A stretch of 64,000 nucleotides of DNA from Burkholderiales bacterium PBB3 (GTDB taxonomy: Bacteria; Pseudomonadota; Gammaproteobacteria; Burkholderiales; Burkholderiaceae_C), in assembly GCA_002256115.1 (NCBI GenBank), contig NKIK01000003.1, forward strand, positions 194,280-258,279, read 5' to 3'. This document shows, in pieces, positions 26,460-36,706 of the stretch (position 1 is its first letter; each line of letters opens with the position of its first letter). Made by a program: the position numbers and the translations under genes. Below the pieces are notes generated by a model that saw only the letters and a list, made by a program, of their open reading frames with translations, was not told the origin of the DNA and did not search any database.

Positions 26460-27140
26460 CTATTTGCTTAAGTGCAACACGTAGCGGCTGCCCAATCGGG
26501 CCTTAAAGATTTTGGCCAACTCGCCATTCCTCTGCAGCTCCGCCAGGCCGCGCACCAACTCCTGCCCCAGCTCTGGCTCCAAACCCGGAGACAGCATCAA
26601 CCACACCGGTTTGGATGCCAACACCAAGCGCTGGGCATCTGCAAAACTGGCTTCCAAACCCGTGCTGGACAAGGCATCGAGCAAAGATTCATTTACCGTA
26701 CAAAAGCCATCGATCCGCCGTGCCTGCAACATGCGCACACCTGACTCCTGCGACTGAAGTTCCTGAAACCGCCAGGGCACGGCGCGGTCGTCACTCAGCT
26801 CTTGGCAGCCACCGTTCATGCGGCCCAGCGCCAAGGGTGCCAAATCACCGCGCCCGGCCACCAGCGCAGCCGCACGGGCAAAGGGCACGACCTCCACCCG
26901 TATCACCCGCCCTGTTTGTTGGGACAAGGCTGCCGCAATGTCCGGGTAAATTCCCTGCGGGCGGCCACTGGCGTCTATCCAGCCAAACGGCTTGGCCTGC
27001 AAAACCGGCATAGAGAGCGCACGCTCGGTTGCTAGCAGAGGCGCGCACCATACCAACGCCCAACACGCCAACAAAGCCCGGCGCAGCGCTGCAGCAGTAG
27101 AAACGGCGAAGGGGAATGGCATGGAGACATCGTAGTCCAA
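26460..27140 (-). CDS. Periplasmic solute-binding-protein-like (family 3) protein, divergent
   Basis: Signal peptide; 'FGWIDASGRPQGIYPDIAAAL' resembles SBP_bac_3. Short, with weak similarity. Confidence 0.4.
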   Translation of the reverse strand: MDYDVSMPFPFAVSTAAALRRALLACWALVWCAPLLATERALSMPVLQAKPFGWIDASGRPQGIYPDIAAALSQQTGRVIRVEVVPFARAAALVAGRGDLAPLALGRMNGGCQELSDDRAVPWRFQELQSQESGVRMLQARRIDGFCTVNESLLDALSSTGLEASFADAQRLVLASKPVWLMLSPGLEPELGQELVRGLAELQRNGELAKIFKARLGSRYVLHLSK

Positions 27141-28471
27141 TCACGGGGGTCTGGGCTTGCTATCCTTGTCCCGTGCCATCGCCCTCCCCCACCATCCGCC
27201 GCATTGCCCACCTGGACATGGACGCGTTTTACGCGTCGGTAGAGCTGCTGCGCTACCCGCAACTCAAAGACCTGCCGGTGGTGATAGGCGGTGGGCGCGC
27301 GAATGTGGCGGCAGCCCTGGAGGTACTGCGCCAGCAAGCCGCAGAAGACGCGCCCGAGCTGGAGTGGGATGCCGCCGCGCAGCGCGCCGCACTGCGCCGC
27401 ATTCCCATCGATGCGTTTGCTCGCCTGGCGGACTACACCGGCCGCGGTGTGATCACCACCGCCACCTATGCCGCGCGCCAGTTTGGTGTGGGCTCGGCCA
27501 TGGGTCTGATGAAGGCCGCCAAGCTGTGCCCGCAGGCCATTCTTTTGCCGGTAGATTTTGAAGAATACCGGCGCTACTCGCGCCTGTTCAAATCCATCAT
27601 CACCGAGATTGCACCGCTGATGGAGGACCGCGGCGTGGACGAGGTCTACATCGACTTCACCGACGTGCCCGGCGGCCAGCGCGAGGGCGGCCGCGTGCTG
27701 GCGCGTCTGATTCAAAAGGCGATTTTGGACGCGACTGGTCTGACTTGCTCAGTGGGCGTGGCACCCAACAAACTGCTGGCCAAGATGGCCAGCGAATTCA
27801 ACAAGCCGCGCGGCATCTCTATCGTGTTTGAGGCCGATGTGCCGACCAAGGTGTGGCCGCTGGCCTGCCGCAAGATCAACGGCATTGGCCCTAAGGCGGA
27901 CGAGAAGCTCAAGCGCTTTGGTATTGAAACGATTGGCCAACTGGCCGAGCGTGATTTGCAGTGGCTGATGGATACCTTTGGCCAGCGCACTGGAGCCTGG
28001 CTGCACGCCGCCAGCCACGGCCAGGACGACCGCCCGGTGGTGACGGAAAGCGAACCCGTGAGCCTGAGCCGCGAGACAACTTTTGAGCGCGACCTGCACG
28101 CCGTGCGCGACCGCGCCGAGCTGGGGGCAGTCTTCACCCGCCTGTGCGAGCAGGTGGCGGCCGACCTGCAGCGCAAGGGCTACGTCGGCAAAACTATCGG
28201 CATCAAGCTGCGCTATGACGATTTCAGCGGCGTGACGCGCGACCTGACGGTGGAGCAGTACACCGACGATGCAAAAACCATCCGCCAACTGGCTGGCCAG
28301 TGCCTGAAACGCGCGCCGCTGCAGAAGAAGCTGCGGCTGCTGGGTGTGCGCGTGGGGGCGCTGGCAAACCGTGCCGACCTCCCTGGATTAATAGCCAAAA
28401 GTGCCTTGCAGGCCGTGGATAGTGCGGGAGCAGCTCCTGAATTAATAGCGGTTAACGGGGAGCTCTTTTAA
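27116..28471 (+). CDS. dinB: DNA polymerase IV (Y-family)
   Basis: 'IAHLDMDAFYASVELL', 'VDEVYIDFT', 'SVGVAPNKLLAKMAS'. The last ~25 codons run through repeat copy 5. Confidence 0.9.
   Translation: MAWRHRSPITGVWACYPCPVPSPSPTIRRIAHLDMDAFYASVELLRYPQLKDLPVVIGGGRANVAAALEVLRQQAAEDAPELEWDAAAQRAALRRIPIDAFARLADYTGRGVITTATYAARQFGVGSAMGLMKAAKLCPQAILLPVDFEEYRRYSRLFKSIITEIAPLMEDRGVDEVYIDFTDVPGGQREGGRVLARLIQKAILDATGLTCSVGVAPNKLLAKMASEFNKPRGISIVFEADVPTKVWPLACRKINGIGPKADEKLKRFGIETIGQLAERDLQWLMDTFGQRTGAWLHAASHGQDDRPVVTESEPVSLSRETTFERDLHAVRDRAELGAVFTRLCEQVAADLQRKGYVGKTIGIKLRYDDFSGVTRDLTVEQYTDDAKTIRQLAGQCLKRAPLQKKLRLLGVRVGALANRADLPGLIAKSALQAVDSAGAAPELIAVNGELF
28381..28462 (-). repeat. Dispersed repeat, copy 5 (full-length form, inverted orientation)
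   Basis: 'CCCTGGATTAATAGCCAAAAGTGCCTTGCAGGCCGTGGATAGTGCGGGAGCAGCTCCTGAATTAATAGCGGTTAACGGGGAG'. Confidence 0.85.
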
Positions 28472-28479
28472 AAACCCGC

Positions 28480-30981
28480 TCAAGCCGTGCCACTGATGCG
28501 CAAAAGTCGATCCACCAATGCCAATAACAGCGTGACATCGATGGGCTTGGTGACATAGCCGTCCAGGCCCGCAGCGGCGCCCTCTGCCTGTTCGCCTGGC
28601 GTTGAGTTGGCCGTAACAGCGATAACCGGAATGGTCTTGGTGCGCCCATAAGACTTGAGCACCTCCAGTACTTGGTAGCCATCCATACCGGGCATGTTGA
28701 TATCCAGCAAAATCAAGTCCGGCTGCTGAGCCAGCGCAATGTTCAGGCCCTCGCCCGGCGTCAGCGCTGTGGTCAGCCGCAGCTGGGGTCGCCTTTTTAG
28801 TATCACCCTTATCAGCTTCAGGTTGACCGGGTTGTCATCAATGCACAGCACATGCAACAGGCGCTCAATGGCGATTTCTTGCACCCCGTTGCCCCCAACT
28901 TCCTCAGTCATGGCTTGGTCGGGCAACGCACTTGCCGCCAGTTCCACCCAAAACATGGCCCCCGCGCCCAGGGTGCTTTGCACGCCCACTTGCCCCCCCA
29001 TCCGGCGCACGAGCTGATCGGTGATGCTCAGGCCGAGGTGGGTTCCGTCAGGACTGGACGGGTCACCCAACTGGTCAAAGGGCGCAAATACATGTTTCAG
29101 CCGCTGGGGCTCGATACCCGGCCCCGTGTCTTGTACCTCTACACGCAGCTTGTCAGCCCCCCACCGCAGCACCCGCACGCCAACATCGCCGCCCGTGGGG
29201 CTGTAATGGATGGCGTTGGTCAAGAGGTTGAGCAAAACTTGCTTGAGTCGCATCCGGTCCGCCTGCACCACAAGTCCCGGTGCAATCTCGCTGTGAAACG
29301 TCAGGGACTGTGCTTTTGCCAACGGAGCCACCAGACTCCAGCACTCCGCAATTGCGCGGCCCAGGTCGACCGGCTCCAACGTCAAACCCACCGCCCCGGA
29401 CTCGATCCTGGCCAAGTCCATCACCTCGTTGATTAGCTTGAGCAGGTGGGTGCCACCGCTGGTAATTTGGGCGATGCTGTCGCTCTGGTCTTTGGTGAGC
29501 CGCTCATCCAATTGCAACACCTGAGCGAAGCCCAGCACCGCATTCAGAGGGGTGCGCAGCTCGTGGCTCATGCCAGAAATAAACTGCGTCTTGGCCAGAC
29601 TGGCTTCCTCGGCCTGCACCTTGGCCTGCCGCAACTCCTCTTGCTGGGCCAATACGCCGCTCAGGTCGCTAAAAATGTTGAAGATGTACTGTATTTCCCG
29701 TTGTGGGCCAAGCACAGCACCAATCGAGCTTTGCGAGAGACAACGGCTGCCGTCTTTGCGCTGAAACGGCAAAGGTCCGCTCCAGCGACCGGTGGCAACC
29801 ATGGACGCTTTGATCTCAGACTCCAGCCTGGCTGCCACATCGGGCGGGAAGGCACGCGTAAACGGTGCCCCTTTGACCTCCGAATCGCTGTAGCCCAAAA
29901 GCCGCTTATGTGCCGCATTTTGGTAAAAACCGTGTCCCGTGGCATCTGTAATCACCACGCACTGGCTGCTGGCATCAATCACCCGGTGAAACAGGTTGAG
30001 CTCTTTTTGCGCTTCTTTGCGTTGGCTAATGTCGGTCACAAAGGCCGTCACTACCTGCCCGTTGCCACGCGAAGATCGCGTGAGGGCAATTTCCACCGGA
30101 ATTTGCGCACCGCTGCGGGTGGCCATCAGCATTTCTGCGCGCCCGGCCTTGGTTGAACCCGACTGCCCCAACAACTCGGACACAGACCTGCGCTGCGCAG
30201 TGTCGGGTTGGAATATCTCGACCACATCGTCAAACGGCCAGCCCTGTATCTCCTGAAACCCCCAACCCAAAAGGGTCTCCGCCTTGGGGTTCCAGCCAAT
30301 GATTTTGCCATCACGATCTACCGTGATAACCGCATCTTGCGCATTGTCCAAAATACCCTGCAGGCGCAACTGGGACTCTGTTTGTTTTTGCAATATCCGG
30401 GCCAATTCCGAGCCCACCAACACAATAAGCACCATGCCGACCAGCAACTCCACACCGACCAGCTGCGGCGCGCCTGTGCGCGTCAGCAGTGCGGCCAGTG
30501 CAGGTGGCAAGAGCACCAGCACCGTAAAGATCTGCATGGCCCGCTGGATATACGACATTGACAGCATGGCGATCACGCATACAGCCAAAAGTGCGGTTAC
30601 CAGCATCGCACTGAACTGGAAACCTGCCTGCGACAGCAGCCACGCGGGCACTGCAGACCAGCTCAACGCAGCCAGTGCGGACTGCGCCGTGAATAACGTC
30701 CGCCAACGCACAATGGCTTTGCCCTGCGGCGCTGCCTTTTTGAAACTGCGGCACTCCCACACACCCAGCGCCGACCCCAACCAGATGGCAGCCACCCAGA
30801 TGATCAACACTTCAGGCAAAAAGAATTGCCAAAACAGTGCGCCACCTACAGGGGCTACCACGGCCGCCGTGGTTACGTTCAAAGGTTTGCGGGCATACGC
30901 CTCGTAGAGCAGGTGCTGCTCTACGTCCAGATGGGTGGACGGGCGGGTCAGAAAGGAAAAATCCATGGGCTGTGTCAACAA
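28480..30981 (-). CDS. Hybrid sensor histidine kinase (multi-TM sensor, PAS x2, HisKA, HATPase, REC)
   Basis: 'SGMSHELRTPLNAV' H-box, 'GTHLGLSI' G2 box, C-terminal REC 'LILLDINMPGMDGY'. Confidence 0.85.
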   Translation of the reverse strand: MLTQPMDFSFLTRPSTHLDVEQHLLYEAYARKPLNVTTAAVVAPVGGALFWQFFLPEVLIIWVAAIWLGSALGVWECRSFKKAAPQGKAIVRWRTLFTAQSALAALSWSAVPAWLLSQAGFQFSAMLVTALLAVCVIAMLSMSYIQRAMQIFTVLVLLPPALAALLTRTGAPQLVGVELLVGMVLIVLVGSELARILQKQTESQLRLQGILDNAQDAVITVDRDGKIIGWNPKAETLLGWGFQEIQGWPFDDVVEIFQPDTAQRRSVSELLGQSGSTKAGRAEMLMATRSGAQIPVEIALTRSSRGNGQVVTAFVTDISQRKEAQKELNLFHRVIDASSQCVVITDATGHGFYQNAAHKRLLGYSDSEVKGAPFTRAFPPDVAARLESEIKASMVATGRWSGPLPFQRKDGSRCLSQSSIGAVLGPQREIQYIFNIFSDLSGVLAQQEELRQAKVQAEEASLAKTQFISGMSHELRTPLNAVLGFAQVLQLDERLTKDQSDSIAQITSGGTHLLKLINEVMDLARIESGAVGLTLEPVDLGRAIAECWSLVAPLAKAQSLTFHSEIAPGLVVQADRMRLKQVLLNLLTNAIHYSPTGGDVGVRVLRWGADKLRVEVQDTGPGIEPQRLKHVFAPFDQLGDPSSPDGTHLGLSITDQLVRRMGGQVGVQSTLGAGAMFWVELAASALPDQAMTEEVGGNGVQEIAIERLLHVLCIDDNPVNLKLIRVILKRRPQLRLTTALTPGEGLNIALAQQPDLILLDINMPGMDGYQVLEVLKSYGRTKTIPVIAVTANSTPGEQAEGAAAGLDGYVTKPIDVTLLLALVDRLLRISGTA

Positions 30982-32030
30982 TCTAACAAGCTATTGCGGA
31001 TAGCCAGCAGCGCGGGCAGGCAGAGCTGAAAGTGGCGAATGACCTCGGGGTCAAAGTGCGCGCCGCTTTGTGAAACTAAAAATTCAACAGCCGCATCCAC
31101 GCTCCAGGCGGCTTTGTAGGGCCGCTCAGACGTAAGGGCATCAAACACATCGGCCACGGCCACAATGCGGGCCGCCAGGGGTATGGCCTCACCCTCCAAG
31201 CCGGCCGGGTAGCCAGTGCCGTCCCACTTTTCGTGGTGATTTAGCGCAATTTTCTGGGCCAACTGCAGCAGATCGGATTCGTCATCATCGGCCAATATCA
31301 TGGCCCCGATAGCGGCGTGCGTTTGCATCGTGGCCCACTCGGCCGCGTCCAGCTTGCCTGGCTTGAGCAGGATGCTGTCAGGGATGCCAATCTTGCCCAC
31401 ATCGTGCATGGGGCTGGCGTGCAGTAGCAGGTCGCACCGCTCAATACTCCAGCCCATGCTGTTGGCTATGCACTCTGCAAACCGGCTCATGCGAATGGTG
31501 TGCAAGCCGGTTTCGTTGTCGCGGTACTCCGCGGCGCGGCCCAGGCGCTGCACCACTTGCAGACGCGTCTTGTTAAGGGCCTCGGTGCGCTCGCGCACGC
31601 GCTCTTCCAGCACTGCCTTTTGGTCAAACACCATGCGGTGTGCCAGCTGCGCGTCCAGCAAATTGCGCACCCGCATGAGCAGCTCAGCGCGGTCAAAGGG
31701 CTTGCCAATGAAGTCCCGCGCGCCACTGTTGAGCGCCTTGAGCAAGGCATCGCGCCCGTGCTGCGCTGTCATAACTACCACCGGGGGCAGCATGGAATCC
31801 TCCAGATTTTTGAGCTGCTCCATGACCGCGTAGCCATCCAGGTGCGGCATGTTGATGTCGAGCAAGATCAGGTCCGGGCGGCCCTCTTGGTAGCGCGGCA
31901 GCACCTCACGCGGGTCCTGCAAGAGTACGAGCTGGGTGTAGCCCTGTCCGGTGAGCAGTTTGTCGAGCAGCTTAAGATTGACCGGCTCGTCGTCCACCAC
32001 AAAAATGCGGGCTGGGTTGGTCTGGGTCAC
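30975..32030 (-). CDS. Response regulator with HD-GYP c-di-GMP phosphodiesterase domain (RpfG-like)
   Basis: REC 'IFVVDDEPVN...LILLDINMPHLDGY'; 'HDVGKIGIPD', 'HHEKWDGTGYP'. Overlaps both neighbouring kinase genes. Confidence 0.9.
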   Translation of the reverse strand: MTQTNPARIFVVDDEPVNLKLLDKLLTGQGYTQLVLLQDPREVLPRYQEGRPDLILLDINMPHLDGYAVMEQLKNLEDSMLPPVVVMTAQHGRDALLKALNSGARDFIGKPFDRAELLMRVRNLLDAQLAHRMVFDQKAVLEERVRERTEALNKTRLQVVQRLGRAAEYRDNETGLHTIRMSRFAECIANSMGWSIERCDLLLHASPMHDVGKIGIPDSILLKPGKLDAAEWATMQTHAAIGAMILADDDESDLLQLAQKIALNHHEKWDGTGYPAGLEGEAIPLAARIVAVADVFDALTSERPYKAAWSVDAAVEFLVSQSGAHFDPEVIRHFQLCLPALLAIRNSLLDC

Positions 32031-34561
32031 AAGGTGGTCTCTGTTGGGCTACTTTGCAGTAAATCGTCCATGGTCCAAAGGAGTACCCGCACATCCACCG
32101 GCTTGGTCAGATAGCCGTCGAAGCCGGCAGCCAGGCCCCGCGCCACATCGGCTGGCATGGCGTTGGCCGTCACGGCAACAAAGGGTACGTGCCGGAATCG
32201 CGCGTCCGCTTTCAGAATGCCCAAGACCTGGTAGCCGTCGAGTCTTGGCATATCGATATCCAGCAAAACAATGTCAGGCGTGTTGGCCAACGCCAGTTCT
32301 ATGCCTTGCTCCGGCTCGGCGGCAGACGTCAGTTTGAAGTTGGGCCGACGCGCCAATACGACTTCAATCAAGCGCAAGTTGATGGGGTTGTCGTCAATCG
32401 AGAGTACCCGGACCGTGCGCTCCAATGCGCCAGACTCCGTGGCGCAGGCGAAACCCACCTCGCAATCATCCTCGGCAGGCAGCACATCGGGGCCTTGCGG
32501 CAACACAATGCTGAACGTCGTACCCACCCCCACGGTGCTGTGCACCTCCACCGTGCCGCCCATCAGTTCGACCAAGCGCCGCGTGATGGTCAGGCCAATG
32601 CCAGTGCCTTCCACCGTGCCGGTATCGGCACCCAAACGATTAAAGGGTTGAAACAAGTCGCCCAGGCGCTCGGGGGCAATACCCGCACCCGTGTCACTGA
32701 CTGCAATGCACAGCAAGCCCTCTGGCATGACTTGTACCGACGCGGTAACGCTGCCACCGACTCGGTTGTATTTCACGGCGTTAGACAACAGGTTGATCAA
32801 CGCCTGCTTGAGCTTGGTGTGGTCGGCCCGCGCTGTCAGCCCGGCGGGTACCGCAAACTCCAGGCGCACGTTGTGTGCAGTCGCCAGGGTCTGGATCAGG
32901 TCGCGGCAGTCTTTCAGCAGTTCGGCCAGAATCACGCTTTCCAGCGATACATCCAGTTTGCCGGATTCGATTTTGGCCAGGTCCAGCACTTCATTGATCA
33001 AAGCCAACAAGTGCTGCCCGGCCTTCATGATTTCCTGCACACTGTCTTGCTGGTCGGCGTTCAGATCCTGGTCATATTCCAGCATCTGCGCAAATCCCAA
33101 AATGGCATTCATGGGCGTGCGCAACTCATGGCTCATGCTCGACAAAAAATCGGACTTGGCCAGATTGGCCCGCTCGGCCTCGTCTTTGGCCCCGGCCAAC
33201 TCCGCACGGCGCGCCAGTTCGGCGCTGAAGTCGGTAAATATATTGAAAGAGTACTGCACCCTGCCGTCGTCATCACGAATAAACCCCACATTGCTGGCCG
33301 ACGTAAAAACGGAGCCGTCTTTGCGCTGGATAGTCAGTTGGCCCATCCAGCCACGCTCGGAGGCAACCGCGTCCCGCGAAGCCAGTTTGAATGCCTCTTT
33401 TGCTTCCTTTGGCACTACTTTGGAGAAGTGTTGCCCCAAAATTTCTCCATCGCGGTAACCCAGTTCTTTTGCCTGCGCCTGGTTTTGATAGACCACGATG
33501 CCTTTGGCATCGGCAATGCCCACGCACTGATCACTGGAATCAAACACGCGTCTGAATAGTTTCAAGCGCTCCTGGACCTTCTTACGCTCTGAAATATCGG
33601 TCAAAAATGCCGTGTAACTGAGCTTGCGGTCATGTTGTAGCGGTGTGACCACCAGCTCGACCGGGAACACTTCGCCGTTTTTACGCTGGGCAGTGGCCTC
33701 TATTCTTTGACCCGGCGTAGTCATGCCAACGGCCTTGCGCCCAGGCACCAAATGGCGGTAGATACCGCGTTGGCTGGTGGGATCAAACCGCTCGGCCTCA
33801 GGCACCAACGTGCTTTGCACTGTAGCCCCCACGGCATCTTCCGCCGTCCAGCCAAATATGGTCTCGGCCCGGTGGTTCCAGGCGGTGATGTGCCCTTGCG
33901 CATCGATGCCCACCACTGCGTCGGGCACATCTGCCAACACGGCCTTGAGGTGCAGTTGCGACTCCTGCAGCTGCCAGGCGGTTTGATGCGACGCGCGCCC
34001 TACCACAATCAGCGCCGCTATACCCGCCAGCAAGACCAGCGCCACCAAACGGTCAACATCACCGCCGGTGACCAGGCCGACAGTCGCCGTGGGCAACAAA
34101 GCCCCCACCACAAAGCCCGCCATGGCCATGCGCTGCTCTGACACCGAAGCGACGATAACCGCGCTGACACAAAACAACATACTCACAAACAAGACCGCAT
34201 AGGGGCCATCAATGGGCCACATCATCAGCGCAGGCCCCACGGACCAGCACAGGCCGGAGACGGTGATCTGCAGCGCAAATACGCGCTGCCAAAAGACGAT
34301 ATTTTGTCCGGACGGAGCCGCCCTAAAGAATGCCCAACAGTTGAAACCGGCCGCTAGACACATGCAAGCCATGGCGCTGACCCAGATCACTTTGGGCTGG
34401 TGCGGCAGGTAGGGCCAAAGGACCCACGCACCAACAATGGTTGCAACGGCCGACATGGCCACATCCAACACATTTCTTCTGTAGGCCAGATACAGAAGCG
34501 CCGATTCAACGGACAAGTCGCGGTGGGGCTGGGGCATCGTTTGATGATACCCACGCACCAC
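32027..34561 (-). CDS. Hybrid sensor histidine kinase, paralogue of 28480..30981
   Basis: Same architecture: 'SSMSHELRTPMNAI', 'GTGIGLTI', REC 'IVLLDIDMPRLDGY'. Confidence 0.85.
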   Translation of the reverse strand: MVRGYHQTMPQPHRDLSVESALLYLAYRRNVLDVAMSAVATIVGAWVLWPYLPHQPKVIWVSAMACMCLAAGFNCWAFFRAAPSGQNIVFWQRVFALQITVSGLCWSVGPALMMWPIDGPYAVLFVSMLFCVSAVIVASVSEQRMAMAGFVVGALLPTATVGLVTGGDVDRLVALVLLAGIAALIVVGRASHQTAWQLQESQLHLKAVLADVPDAVVGIDAQGHITAWNHRAETIFGWTAEDAVGATVQSTLVPEAERFDPTSQRGIYRHLVPGRKAVGMTTPGQRIEATAQRKNGEVFPVELVVTPLQHDRKLSYTAFLTDISERKKVQERLKLFRRVFDSSDQCVGIADAKGIVVYQNQAQAKELGYRDGEILGQHFSKVVPKEAKEAFKLASRDAVASERGWMGQLTIQRKDGSVFTSASNVGFIRDDDGRVQYSFNIFTDFSAELARRAELAGAKDEAERANLAKSDFLSSMSHELRTPMNAILGFAQMLEYDQDLNADQQDSVQEIMKAGQHLLALINEVLDLAKIESGKLDVSLESVILAELLKDCRDLIQTLATAHNVRLEFAVPAGLTARADHTKLKQALINLLSNAVKYNRVGGSVTASVQVMPEGLLCIAVSDTGAGIAPERLGDLFQPFNRLGADTGTVEGTGIGLTITRRLVELMGGTVEVHSTVGVGTTFSIVLPQGPDVLPAEDDCEVGFACATESGALERTVRVLSIDDNPINLRLIEVVLARRPNFKLTSAAEPEQGIELALANTPDIVLLDIDMPRLDGYQVLGILKADARFRHVPFVAVTANAMPADVARGLAAGFDGYLTKPVDVRVLLWTMDDLLQSSPTETTL

Positions 34562-34577
34562 GTCAGCACAGCGTAAG

Positions 34578-34922
34578 CTACTGGTCTGTGGCGACGCCCA
34601 GCCGCCACAGCGACGTCACCTCTTTGGAGCGTGCTGCGTGCGGCGGGTCGGTGGCCACGATCCGGCCGATTCCCCGGCGCGCCAGCACCGCCAACAAAAC
34701 ACCGGTGCCCGTGCCAATATCAAAGGCGCACAGGGCCGCCACCGAAGCCACGCTAACGGCGCCGGGTGGGCCCCAGGCCTCTGCACAAGCCTGACGCGCA
34801 TCGGGGCTGCGCTTCAGAGGGACACTGTAGTCAGCCTCAAAGCCAATCAACAGCATGCCCAGCACGCGAGAGCGCTGGGCTTGGCGATGCAGATGGAAGC
34901 CTGCGGCAAAACTAAGTGCCAA
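34578..34922 (-). pseudogene. Decayed copy of the methyltransferase gene at 47407..48756
   Basis: The translation matches three separate blocks of the 467-aa protein ('FHLHRQAQ..VLGMLLIGFEADY', 'FDIGTGTGVL.AVLARRG', 'HAAR..EVTSLWRL'), with two large internal deletions and no N-terminal third. Confidence 0.65.
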
Positions 34923-34986
34923 ATCGGCCTTTGAAGCCGTGGATAGTGCGGGAGCAGCTCCTGAATTAATAGCGGTTAACGGGGAG
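34906..34986 (-). repeat. Dispersed repeat, copy 6
   Basis: 34936-34986 is identical (51/51 nt) to 28412-28462 of copy 5. Confidence 0.85.
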
Positions 34987-35020
34987 TTGTTTTAGCTTGT
35001 GGTGCATCTGCGCATCAGCA

Positions 35021-36373
35021 TCACGACGGCCGCACAGGCTTCTTGCCGCGCTTGGGCGCCAGCAATACCGACTCACCCACTCTTGCAGTGGCGAATTTCT
35101 GGGGTGGTGATGGCTCCATCACCCCCGCCTCTTGAGTGAGCTTTGTCATTTCTGGCACCTGGATTTGAATGCGCTCGTTCAGTCGATTGAGCCCTGCGTT
35201 CCAGTGCCACAGCATCCTCGCGCCCACCGCGTCAAACCCTGGCGTGTGCTTCATGCGTTGAATCAATTCCGGCACGGTCGCCGCCACGGCGGTGCACACC
35301 AGCTCAGCGAGTTCGCGTTGGCGCGGGGGGTCGATACCCAGAAACACTTGCATGAATTGCCACAAGGGCTTCAGATGGGTCCAGCTCTTGCGGCCATCGA
35401 TGGACATGCCTGGCGGGTTATCCGCGTAGCTGTCATAGGCCACGATGGTCAGCATGTCGTAGATGGGCGCGACATGCACATCCTCCAAGCCGGTGTACAA
35501 AAAAGCAAGATTCTTGGTGTGGCAGTCTGAGTTGCCAAGTGCGTGCGTCAACAGCAGTGTCACGGCCAGTTGCTCGTAGGACGCGCGGCGGCCCTGGGGT
35601 GGCACATAGTTGCGCACAAGGCGCGCGGCGCGCTCCCAGGTGCCGTCGTACTTTTGCTCGGCACCCATGCCCAGCATGCTGCAAAAGTCTTCAAAACCCA
35701 GCCGCTCGCCAGTGAGCGGATCAATGTCAAAGCGCTCGACCACGAGGATCTGACCGTCGTCGGAAACCACTGTTTCTGCAACCGCGAAGCCGGTGGCTTT
35801 GGCCGCTTGCATACACAGGTGCTCGTTGAGCCCCACAAGCGGTTGCTTGTCTGAGCTAGCTTTGACGATGTGGCGCTCTGTGGATACGGTGCCTTTGCGG
35901 AACAGTGCTTTGGTCTCTGGCGTCAGAAATTTGGGGACCACCCCCGACACGCCTGAGGCCGCGTACTGGCTCATCAATTGCAGAAACACTTCGCGCGAAG
36001 ACTCACCATGCAACAGTCCATCGAGTTCATTGGCGGCGAGTTGCGGATTGGGACTACTGCCTGCGCTTACCTGAACGCGACCGATCATGTTGTGCCCCAC
36101 CACCGACAGCAGATCCATGGGACTTGCTCCCAGATGCGGCCCCAACTGCTCTTTGAGGACGGACAGTAAAAACCCCTCCGGCAGACTCACCTGAAAGAAA
36201 GGGTGCAGATTGGGCCACTCCCAGCTGGGGGACTGCACGGGCATGAGCAGCGACACAAAATCCTCGGGAGGGGTTCCGTGCAGGTAGGTCAGGTAATGCT
36301 CAAACCCTGCGGGGCTCTGCAACACCGCCACATGTCTGCCGTTCACGAAGACATTGAGTTCTGCCTTGCTCAT
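35021..36373 (-). CDS. hipA: HipA-family Ser/Thr kinase toxin
   Basis: 450 aa. N-terminal HipA coupling region; catalytic loop 'GNSDCHTKNLAFL' (DxHxKN); overlaps the upstream HTH gene. Confidence 0.85.
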   Translation of the reverse strand: MSKAELNVFVNGRHVAVLQSPAGFEHYLTYLHGTPPEDFVSLLMPVQSPSWEWPNLHPFFQVSLPEGFLLSVLKEQLGPHLGASPMDLLSVVGHNMIGRVQVSAGSSPNPQLAANELDGLLHGESSREVFLQLMSQYAASGVSGVVPKFLTPETKALFRKGTVSTERHIVKASSDKQPLVGLNEHLCMQAAKATGFAVAETVVSDDGQILVVERFDIDPLTGERLGFEDFCSMLGMGAEQKYDGTWERAARLVRNYVPPQGRRASYEQLAVTLLLTHALGNSDCHTKNLAFLYTGLEDVHVAPIYDMLTIVAYDSYADNPPGMSIDGRKSWTHLKPLWQFMQVFLGIDPPRQRELAELVCTAVAATVPELIQRMKHTPGFDAVGARMLWHWNAGLNRLNERIQIQVPEMTKLTQEAGVMEPSPPQKFATARVGESVLLAPKRGKKPVRPS

Positions 36374-36669
36374 GGCTTGCCGGACGCTCCGTGCGAAGCA
36401 TTGCGCAGTTCTTGCTGCAAGTCGTTCAAATTGGGGCGGCGGGTAGCGGGCACAAACTCCATCTCCACATCCAACACCTGCAACAAACGCAAGAGCTTGC
36501 CTGCGGATAGATCGCTGGAGGCCCCCGTCTCAAAGCGCGACAGCGTCTCTTGTCGCAATCCGGCAGCTGCTGCTACCTCAGTCTGCGTCTTGCCCGCTGC
36601 CTTGCGCAGCTGCTTGTACCGCGCACCAACGTCGGGCAGTGTTAATAAGGGATTTGCGTTTGGCATCAT
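36370..36669 (-). CDS. hipB: XRE-family HTH antitoxin (HipB-like)
   Basis: 'YKQLRKAAGKTQTEVAAAAGLRQETLSRFETG' HTH. ATGA-type overlap with hipA. Start taken at ATG 36669; the ORF extends to TTG 36690. Confidence 0.75.
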   Translation of the reverse strand: MMPNANPLLTLPDVGARYKQLRKAAGKTQTEVAAAAGLRQETLSRFETGASSDLSAGKLLRLLQVLDVEMEFVPATRRPNLNDLQQELRNASHGASGKP

Positions 36670-36706
36670 AAATTGGAGAAAATTTTCCAAATCATGCTGT
36701 TCATTG

